From Crocosphaera subtropica ATCC 51142 (lineage in GTDB: Bacteria; Cyanobacteriota; Cyanobacteriia; Cyanobacteriales; Microcystaceae): a DNA stretch of 32,000 nucleotides. The position numbers were made by a program, and so were the translations under genes. The stretch is from positions 540,001 to 572,000 of the forward strand of contig NC_010546.1 of assembly GCF_000017845.1 (NCBI RefSeq). Reading direction: 5' to 3'. Under the pieces are notes generated by a model. The model did no database searches. It saw only the letters and a program-made list of their open reading frames with translations, and had not been told where the DNA came from. Each line of letters opens with the position of its first letter. Positions within the stretch are counted from its first letter, which is position 1. Positions 24,649 through 32,000 of this stretch are shown here, piece after piece.

Positions 24649-25530
24649 ATGTGGGAATATACAGACAAAGTAATGGATCTCTTCTATAATCCTCGTAATC
24701 AAGGAACGATTACGGAGAAAGGAGAAGGACAAGCAATCACAACCGGAGAAGTGGGTAGTATTGCTTGTGGTGATGCCCTAAGATTACATTTAAAAGTGGA
24801 TGAAAAAACAGAGATTATCTTAGATGCACGGTTTCAAACCTTTGGGTGTGCTTCTGCGATCGCTTCTTCTTCTGCTTTAACCGAGTTACTGGTTGGCAAA
24901 ACCTTAGATGAAGCCTTAAGTCTTACCAATAAAGAGATCGCTGACTTCTTAGGGGGTTTACCGGAAGAGAAAATGCACTGTTCGGTTATGGGACAAGAAG
25001 CCTTAGAAGCTGCTATCTTTAACTACAGAGGCATTCCCCTCGATAACCACGAAGATGATGAAGGGGCATTAATCTGTCGTTGCTTCGGAGTTACCGATAG
25101 TCGTATTCGTCGCATTGTCTTAGAAAATAATTTAACCACTGCTGAGCAAGTCACCAACTATGTCAAAGCAGGGGGTGGATGTGGCTCTTGTTTAGCGGAT
25201 ATCGATGATATGATTGCAGATATTCTGCAAGAGAAAGCCACCGCCGTTGCCGTTGCCACCGAAGTGGTTAAGGCAAAATCAGAAACCAAACCCTTAACCA
25301 ACCTACAAAAAATTACCCTTATTCAACAAGTCTTAGAAGAAGAAATCAGACCCTTCTTAGCCAAAGATGGGGGAGACTTAGAATTAATCGATATCGAAGG
25401 AGACTTAGTGAAAGTCACCCTACAAGGAGCCTGTGGTTCCTGTGCCAGTAGTACCGCCACCCTCAAAGGAGGCATTGAAGCCAGACTCAAAGAGCGGGTT
25501 TCCCCAGAATTAACTGTCATTGCAGTGTAA
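24649..25530 (+). CDS. nifU: Fe-S cluster scaffold NifU
   Basis: 293 aa. The N-terminal IscU-like domain has GSIACGD and FGCASAIASS. The central domain is CRCFGV...GGGCGSC and the C-terminal Nfu domain has GACGSC. Confidence 0.95.
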   Translation: MWEYTDKVMDLFYNPRNQGTITEKGEGQAITTGEVGSIACGDALRLHLKVDEKTEIILDARFQTFGCASAIASSSALTELLVGKTLDEALSLTNKEIADFLGGLPEEKMHCSVMGQEALEAAIFNYRGIPLDNHEDDEGALICRCFGVTDSRIRRIVLENNLTTAEQVTNYVKAGGGCGSCLADIDDMIADILQEKATAVAVATEVVKAKSETKPLTNLQKITLIQQVLEEEIRPFLAKDGGDLELIDIEGDLVKVTLQGACGSCASSTATLKGGIEARLKERVSPELTVIAV

Positions 25531-25538
25531 GAGACAAT

Positions 25539-25566
25539 CACTGAACACTGATGACTGAAAACTGAT
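25539..25566. repeat. tandem heptamer array CACTGAA CACTGAT GACTGAA AACTGAT
   Basis: Direct reading 9 nt after the nifU stop. Confidence 0.9.
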
Positions 25567-25766
25567 AACAAGGAGAACACCATGTTAATTCAAAAGAAAG
25601 GTAGAGAGCGATCGCCTCCATAAGCATCGCTTCTCACCGGACGTTAAGAGTTTCAACTCTCTCAACGTCACCTCTTGACCCAATGAGTAAAGTTTCACAG
25701 CCTTTACTCAGGTCTAGAAGCCTTCCCTAACTAATCAAGTTGGCTTCTTACCTCGGAAGACATCTA

Positions 25767-26774
<1,008 letters not shown>

Positions 26775-26809
26775 ACTGAATCTCGCTTAGTAGGATTGAG
26801 GATCATTCT

Positions 26810-26874
26810 AAGGCAAAAGTGAATAGGAAATAGTGACAAACTATCAACTATCAACTTTAAACTCCTTTTGCCTT
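26810..26874 (+). terminator. perfect 10-bp hairpin in the nifH-nifD spacer (partial terminator or RNA-stability element)
   Basis: AAGGCAAAAG (26810-26819) pairs with CTTTTGCCTT (26865-26874). The loop is 45 nt and contains (AACTATC)2. It starts 36 nt after the nifH stop. Confidence 0.45.
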
Positions 26875-26928
26875 CCCCTCTTTCCCTTTCTCTAATTTTT
26901 CTTCTACACCAACTTTGAGAGGAACACC

Positions 26929-28371
26929 ATGGCAACAGTTGAAGACAATAAGAAGCTCATTGCCGACGTTCTGTCGACTTATCCCGAAAAAGCTGCTAAA
27001 AAACGCGCAAAACACTTAGGTGTTTACGAAGAAGGCGAAGCTGATTGTGGCGTAAAATCCAATAAACAATCCTTACCTGGGGTTATGACCGCTCGTGGTT
27101 GTGCCTATGCAGGATCAAAAGGGGTTGTTTGGGGTCCGATTAAGGATATGGTTCACATCTCCCACGGTCCTGTGGGTTGTGGTTACTACTCCTGGTCTGG
27201 TCGTCGTAACTACTACATCGGAACCACAGGGGTTGACTCCTTCGGTACCATGCAGTTTACCTCCGATTTCCAAGAACGGGACATCGTTTTTGGTGGAGAC
27301 AAAAAACTCGCTAAAATCATTGATGAAATCGAAGAATTATTCCCCTTAAACGGTGGTGTTTCTGTTCAGTCAGAATGTCCCGTTGGTTTAATTGGAGATG
27401 ACATCGAATCCGTTGCTCGTACCAAGAGCAAAGAAACCGGCAAATCCGTTGTTCCTGTTCGTTGTGAAGGGTTCCGTGGGGTTTCTCAGTCCTTAGGACA
27501 CCACATCGCTAACGACATGATTCGTGACTGGGTTTTCCCCACTGCGGATAAAGAAAACGCAGAAAAAGGATTTGAAGGCACTCCTTATGACGTAGCCATC
27601 ATTGGTGACTACAACATCGGTGGAGATGCTTGGTCTAGCCGTATCTTACTCGAAGAAATCGGTCTTCGTGTGGTAGCACAATGGTCTGGTGATGGTACCT
27701 TAACCGAGATGAAGGCAACCCCCAACGTTAAGTTGAACCTCATCCACTGTTATCGTTCCATGAACTACATCAGTCGTCACATGGAAGAAAAATATGGTAT
27801 TCCCTGGTTAGAATACAACTTCTTCGGTCCTAGCAAGATTGCTGCTTCTTTAAGAGAAATCGCTTCACGCTTCGATGAAAAAATCCAAGCCAAAGCTGAA
27901 GAAGTCATCGAGAAGTACAGAAAGCAATCTGAAGAGATCATTGCTAAGTACCGTCCTCGTTTAGAAGGCAAAACTGTAATGATGATGGTGGGTGGTTTAC
28001 GTCCCCGTCACGTTGTTCCTGCTTTCAAAGACTTAGGCATGGAAATCATCGGTACCGGATACGAATTCGCTCACGGTGACGACTACAAACGGACCACTGG
28101 CTACGTTGAAGATGCTACCCTCATCTATGATGACGTAACTGGTTATGAGTTTGAAGAGTTCGTTAAAGAACTTAAGCCTGACTTAGTAGCTGCCGGTATT
28201 AAAGAGAAGTATGTCTTCCAAAAGATGGCTCTTCCCTTCCGTCAAATGCACTCTTGGGATTACTCCGGACCTTACCACGGTTATGATGGCTTCGCTATCT
28301 TCGCCCGTGACATGGACTTAGCCCTCAATAGTCCCACCTGGGGATTAATTGGCACCCCTTGGAATAAATAA
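26929..28371 (+). CDS. nifD: nitrogenase MoFe protein alpha chain NifD
   Basis: 480 aa. It has [17 protein letters not shown] and the His-containing [15 protein letters not shown] FeMo-co ligand region. It is uninterrupted. Confidence 0.97.
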   Translation: MATVEDNKKLIADVLSTYPEKAAKKRAKHLGVYEEGEADCGVKSNKQSLPGVMTARGCAYAGSKGVVWGPIKDMVHISHGPVGCGYYSWSGRRNYYIGTTGVDSFGTMQFTSDFQERDIVFGGDKKLAKIIDEIEELFPLNGGVSVQSECPVGLIGDDIESVARTKSKETGKSVVPVRCEGFRGVSQSLGHHIANDMIRDWVFPTADKENAEKGFEGTPYDVAIIGDYNIGGDAWSSRILLEEIGLRVVAQWSGDGTLTEMKATPNVKLNLIHCYRSMNYISRHMEEKYGIPWLEYNFFGPSKIAASLREIASRFDEKIQAKAEEVIEKYRKQSEEIIAKYRPRLEGKTVMMMVGGLRPRHVVPAFKDLGMEIIGTGYEFAHGDDYKRTTGYVEDATLIYDDVTGYEFEEFVKELKPDLVAAGIKEKYVFQKMALPFRQMHSWDYSGPYHGYDGFAIFARDMDLALNSPTWGLIGTPWNK

Positions 28372-28398
28372 GAGGGAGGATGATCATGGGGAACCAGG

Positions 28399-28431
28399 GA
28401 AGTCAGAAGTCAGAAGTCAGAAGTCAGAAGT
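28399..28431. repeat. tandem heptamer array (GAAGTCA) x4.7
   Basis: gaagtcagaagtcagaagtcagaagtcagaagt in the nifD-nifK spacer. Confidence 0.95.
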
Positions 28432-28552
28432 ATTAAAGTCATAATATTCTCTACCTTTCTTTTTCGACTTACTCTCTCCAACCTTTCCCCTCTCCCTCTC
28501 CTGTCCAAGTTTGTTTGTCTGAGATATCCATCCTATACTGGAGTTACCACCA

Positions 28553-30088
28553 ATGGCTCAAAACGTAAACAATATTAAGGATCACGTTGATCTATTCCAT
28601 CAGCCTGAATACCAAGAACTGTTTGAGAACAAGAAACAGTTTGAAGGTATGCCCACTGCTGAGAAAGTTCAAGAAGTAGCTGAATGGACCAAAAGCTGGG
28701 AATATCGGGAAAAGAACTTTGCTCGTGAAGCGTTAACCGTTAACCCTGCTAAAGCTTGTCAACCTTTAGGTGCATTATTAGCTGCTATTGGCTTTGAAGG
28801 AACCTTACCCTTCGTTCACGGTTCTCAAGGTTGTGTGGCTTACTTCCGTACCCACTTAACCCGTCACTTCAAAGAGCCTGTAAGTGCTGTTTCTTCTTCC
28901 ATGACTGAAAACGCTGCGGTTTTCGGTGGATTAAAGAACATGGTTGATGGTCTACAAAACTCCTATGCTCTTTACAAGCCCAAAATGATCGCTGTCTGTA
29001 CAACTTGTATGGCTGAGGTTATTGGGGATGACTTAGGTGCTTTCTTAGGAAATGCTCGTCAAGACGGCGTTATTCCTGACGATTTACCTGTTCCTTTCGC
29101 TCATACACCTAGTTTTGTGGGTTCTCACATCACTGGTTATGACAGCATGATGAAATCGATTCTTTCTACCTTAACTGAAGGTAAGAAGAAAGAAACCACC
29201 AACGGTAAAATCAACTTCATCGCTGGATTTGAAACCTACATCGGTAACGTCCGTGCGATAAAAAATATCATCTCTGCGTTTGATTTAGAAGGTACTCTTT
29301 TAAGCGACACCGAAATGTACTTAGATTCTCCCAACTTAGGGGAATTCAAAATGTACCATGAAGGAACTTCCTTAGAAGATGCAGCTGATTCTATCAACGC
29401 TGAAGCGACCGTTACCCTTCAAACCTACACCACTCCTAAAACTCGTGAATACATCGAGAAGAAGTGGGGACAAAAAACCTACACCTATCGTCCTTGGGGT
29501 GTTAAAGGTACTGATGAGTTCTTAATGGGCTTATCTGAGTTAACTGGCAAACCGATTCCTAAAGAGTTTGAAATTGCTCGTGGACGTGCTGTTGACGCAA
29601 TGACCGATACTCAAGCTTGGGTACATGGTAAGCGTGCTGCAGTTTACGGTGATCCTGATCTCGTAATGGGCTTATTACAGTTCATGTTAGAAATGGGTAT
29701 CGAGCCTGTTCACGTCTTGGTTAACAACAGCACCAAGGAATTTGAAGAAGAAGCTAAAGCTCTCTTAGCTGCTAGTCCCTACGGACAACAAGCTACCGTT
29801 TGGGGTGGTAAAGACTTATGGCATATGCGCTCTTTACTCTTCACTGAGCCTGTTGACTTCTTAGTTGGTAATTCCTACGCTAAGTATTTACAGCGTGATA
29901 CCAAGACTCCTTTAATCCGTATTGGATATCCTATCTTTGATCGTCACCACTTACACCGTTACTCTACCATCGGTTATGAAGGGGCTATCAACCTACTCAA
30001 CTGGATCGCCAATGGACTAATGGATGAATTAGATCGCAAGACAGATACTCCTTCTGTAACGGATATTTCTTTTGACTTAGTTCGTTAA
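28553..30088 (+). CDS. nifK: nitrogenase MoFe protein beta chain NifK
   Basis: 511 aa. KACQPLGA, HGSQGCVAYFR and CTTCMAEVIGDD P-cluster motifs are present. Confidence 0.97.
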   Translation: MAQNVNNIKDHVDLFHQPEYQELFENKKQFEGMPTAEKVQEVAEWTKSWEYREKNFAREALTVNPAKACQPLGALLAAIGFEGTLPFVHGSQGCVAYFRTHLTRHFKEPVSAVSSSMTENAAVFGGLKNMVDGLQNSYALYKPKMIAVCTTCMAEVIGDDLGAFLGNARQDGVIPDDLPVPFAHTPSFVGSHITGYDSMMKSILSTLTEGKKKETTNGKINFIAGFETYIGNVRAIKNIISAFDLEGTLLSDTEMYLDSPNLGEFKMYHEGTSLEDAADSINAEATVTLQTYTTPKTREYIEKKWGQKTYTYRPWGVKGTDEFLMGLSELTGKPIPKEFEIARGRAVDAMTDTQAWVHGKRAAVYGDPDLVMGLLQFMLEMGIEPVHVLVNNSTKEFEEEAKALLAASPYGQQATVWGGKDLWHMRSLLFTEPVDFLVGNSYAKYLQRDTKTPLIRIGYPIFDRHHLHRYSTIGYEGAINLLNWIANGLMDELDRKTDTPSVTDISFDLVR

Positions 30089-30128
30089 TCCAAGGAAATC
30101 TGAATACGAGGGAGATTAGGAAGATTCA

Positions 30129-30145
30129 GGGAGTACCTTACTCCC
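30129..30145 (+). terminator. short hairpin after nifK
   Basis: GGGAGTA-CCT-TACTCCC is a 7-bp perfect stem followed by a C/T tract rather than a U-run. Function is uncertain. Confidence 0.3.
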
Positions 30146-30179
30146 CCCTCTCCTCTCCTCTCCCCTCTCTCTTCTTGAA

Positions 30180-30207
30180 GGCAATAGGGAATAGGCAATG
30201 GGCAATA
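30180..30207. repeat. tandem heptamer array GGCAATA GGGAATA GGCAATG GGCAATA
   Basis: Direct reading in the nifK-downstream spacer. Confidence 0.9.
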
Positions 30208-30298
30208 GTCAGATTTCATTCTCCTGCGCTCCTTTCTCCCTGCTCCCCTGCTTCACATAAAACTCTCTGCCACTCTATTTTTAATCAAAGATGAGGAT

Positions 30299-30607
30299 AT
30301 GGTTATGACGAGTCCTACTCCTTATTCTACGGGCAAAAAATTTCAACTCGATCCCCTTTTTCCCCTCAAACGCTGGCTTAATAATATAGAGGTCACAAGT
30401 GCCTCTTTTGCTCATTTAATCTGTCGGGTCATTCCTTGTTCTTGTCCTTTTGAAAGAAAGATAACGGTATTAGGACACACCATGCTCCGTATTCCTCCTC
30501 TATGTAAATTAAATCCTTTTTATCACGAATTTGTAGCTTTACGACTGAAAGCATTAAGTTATCTGGCTGATGTTTGTGGTGAAAATGTCGATCATTATAT
30601 TTGTTAA
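30299..30607 (+). CDS. Mo-dependent nitrogenase C-terminal domain (Mo-nitro_C-type) protein
   Basis: 102 aa. AHLICRVIPCSCPFERKI...IPPLCKLNPFYHEFVALRLKALSYLADVCGE matches my recollection of this small nif-linked family. Confidence 0.75.
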   Translation: MVMTSPTPYSTGKKFQLDPLFPLKRWLNNIEVTSASFAHLICRVIPCSCPFERKITVLGHTMLRIPPLCKLNPFYHEFVALRLKALSYLADVCGENVDHYIC

Positions 30608-30668
30608 GTAATTGACAATTAATTATTGTTAATTCTTCGGTCATTGGTAATTATTAGGGAACTCAGTC

Positions 30669-32000
30669 ATGAAACTAACGAAGAGCAAAATTAACGATCT
30701 ACTGACACAACCAGGATGTGAACATAATCATAATAAAGAAGGTCAAGGTAAAAATAAGTCTTGTACGCAAACCGCTAACCCAGGTTCTGCTCAAGGAGGT
30801 TGCGCTTTTGATGGGGCTTCTATTGCTTTAGTTCCTATCACCGATGCTGCTCATTTAGTCCATGGCCCGATTGGTTGTTCTGGTAATAGTTGGAATAGTC
30901 GCGGAAGTCTCTCCAGTGGACCAATGACTTATAAGATGGGTTTCACTACCGATCTATCAGAAAATGATATTATTTTTGGTGGAGAAAAAAAGCTTTATAA
31001 GGCGATCGCTCAATTAATAAAAAAGTATAATCCGGCTGCCGTTTTTGTTTATTCGACTTGTGTAACTGCTTTAATTGGTGATGATTTAGATGCAGTTTGT
31101 AAGGCAGCGACAAATAAGTATGAAACCCCAATTATCCCTGTTCATTCTCCTGGTTTTGTAGGTAGCAAGAACTTAGGAAATCGTCTCGGTGGCGAAGCTT
31201 TACTCGATCATGTAGTCGGTACAAAAGAACCTGAATATACCACCGCTTACGACATTAATTTAATCGGTGAATATAATGTTGCTGGTGAAATGTGGGGGGT
31301 TCTTCCTCTGTTTAAAAAGGCGGGAATTCGTGTTTTAGCCAAGATTACAGGGGACGCTCGTTACGAAGAGGTTTGCTCTGCTCATCGGGCTAAACTGAAC
31401 GTGATGATCTGCTCGAAGGCTTTAATTAATATGGCCTCTGCCATGAAAGAACGCTACAACATTCCTTATATTGAGGAATCTTTCTATGGTGTCCAAGATA
31501 TGAATCGTTGTTTACGGAATATTGCTCAATTTTTTGGCGATCAAGTATTAATAGAAAGAGTTGAAGAAATAATAGAAGAAGAAACCGCTAAGTTAGACAT
31601 CGCTTTAGCCCCCTATCGGGAACGTCTCAAGGGTAAGCGCATGGTCCTCTACACCGGCGGTGTCAAAAGTTGGTCTATTGTTTCGGCAGCCCAAGACTTA
31701 GGGATGGAAGTGGTCGCCACTAGCACCAAAAAAAGCACAGAAGAGGATAAGGGACGCATTAAGAAACTTTTGGGCAAAGATGGCATTATGCTCGAAAAAG
31801 GCAGTCCAGAAGAGCTTTTACGGGTGGTTCAGAAGACAAAAGCTGACCTCTTGGTGGCCGGAGGACGGAACCAATATACAGCACTGAAAGCAAAAATTCC
31901 TTTCTTAGATATTAACCAGGAACGTCACCATCCTTACGCCGGTTACATTGGGTTAGTGGAAATGGCCAGGGAGTTAAGCGAAGCAGTTTATAGTCCCATT
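30669..32000 (+). CDS. nifE: nitrogenase FeMo-cofactor scaffold NifE (3' end outside window)
   Basis: The frame is open from the ATG at 30669 to the window end (444 codons). GCAFDGA...HLVHGPIGC and STCVTALIGDD are NifE/NifD-family motifs. The ORF track misses it because there is no stop. Confidence 0.93.
   Translation, partial: MKLTKSKINDLLTQPGCEHNHNKEGQGKNKSCTQTANPGSAQGGCAFDGASIALVPITDAAHLVHGPIGCSGNSWNSRGSLSSGPMTYKMGFTTDLSENDIIFGGEKKLYKAIAQLIKKYNPAAVFVYSTCVTALIGDDLDAVCKAATNKYETPIIPVHSPGFVGSKNLGNRLGGEALLDHVVGTKEPEYTTAYDINLIGEYNVAGEMWGVLPLFKKAGIRVLAKITGDARYEEVCSAHRAKLNVMICSKALINMASAMKERYNIPYIEESFYGVQDMNRCLRNIAQFFGDQVLIERVEEIIEEETAKLDIALAPYRERLKGKRMVLYTGGVKSWSIVSAAQDLGMEVVATSTKKSTEEDKGRIKKLLGKDGIMLEKGSPEELLRVVQKTKADLLVAGGRNQYTALKAKIPFLDINQERHHPYAGYIGLVEMARELSEAVYSPI

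Noticed and set aside
25582-25623. 13-codon mini-ORF (MLIQKKGRERSPP) with AAGGAG 6 nt upstream, just after nifU
   Set aside because: The SD is tempting, but the ORF is tiny and overlaps a HIP1 site and the end of an STRR. I cannot show conservation, so I treat it as chance unless Ribo-seq or comparative data say otherwise.

Overview
Low-GC cyanobacterial chromosome segment. It carries 14 copies of the HIP1 palindrome GCGATCGC and many tandem heptamer (STRR-type) arrays, and its gene order resembles unicellular diazotrophs of the Cyanothece/Crocosphaera type; the taxon is inferred, not proven. Bases 1-14940 hold ordinary or accessory genes: a partial membrane glycosyltransferase, an alpha/beta hydrolase, a CYTH protein, an orphan 473-aa protein, a thioredoxin-like 2Fe-2S ferredoxin, a decayed Rpn/transposase-like remnant, a solitary DndB-like DGQHR protein, two tandem small paralogs, cobI, a PAS3-EAL protein, rsmB, a TerB-like protein, a NYN/OST-HTH protein, a GNAT and corA. 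RNase P RNA (rnpB) lies at 14951-15310. From about 15.4 kb onward is the major nif cluster. The minus-strand block is an ArsC-like nitrogenase-associated protein, a 2Fe-2S fusion protein, nifT, nifZ, nifV, two small conserved proteins and cysE (nifP-like). It is transcribed divergently from plus-strand nifB, a 66-aa Cys-containing ORF, fdxN, nifS, nifU, nifH, nifD, nifK, a Mo-nitrogenase C-terminal-domain protein and nifE (runs off the window). nifD and fdxN are uninterrupted. I found no clear multi-gene novel system. The most unusual signals are non-coding: (1) two mirror-image arrays of 22-bp-phased GTATTT/G-run repeats in the 958-bp cysE-nifB divergent spacer; (2) a GC-rich hairpin element in a short and a long (nested-insertion) form directly 3' of two stop codons, with a compensatory stem change; (3) inverted heptamer arrays bracketing nifS; (4) GTA-N8-TAC (NtcA-type) motifs inside an identical 12-mer upstream of both tandem paralogs; (5) a strongly structured nifU-nifH leader and a perfect 10-bp hairpin after nifH.
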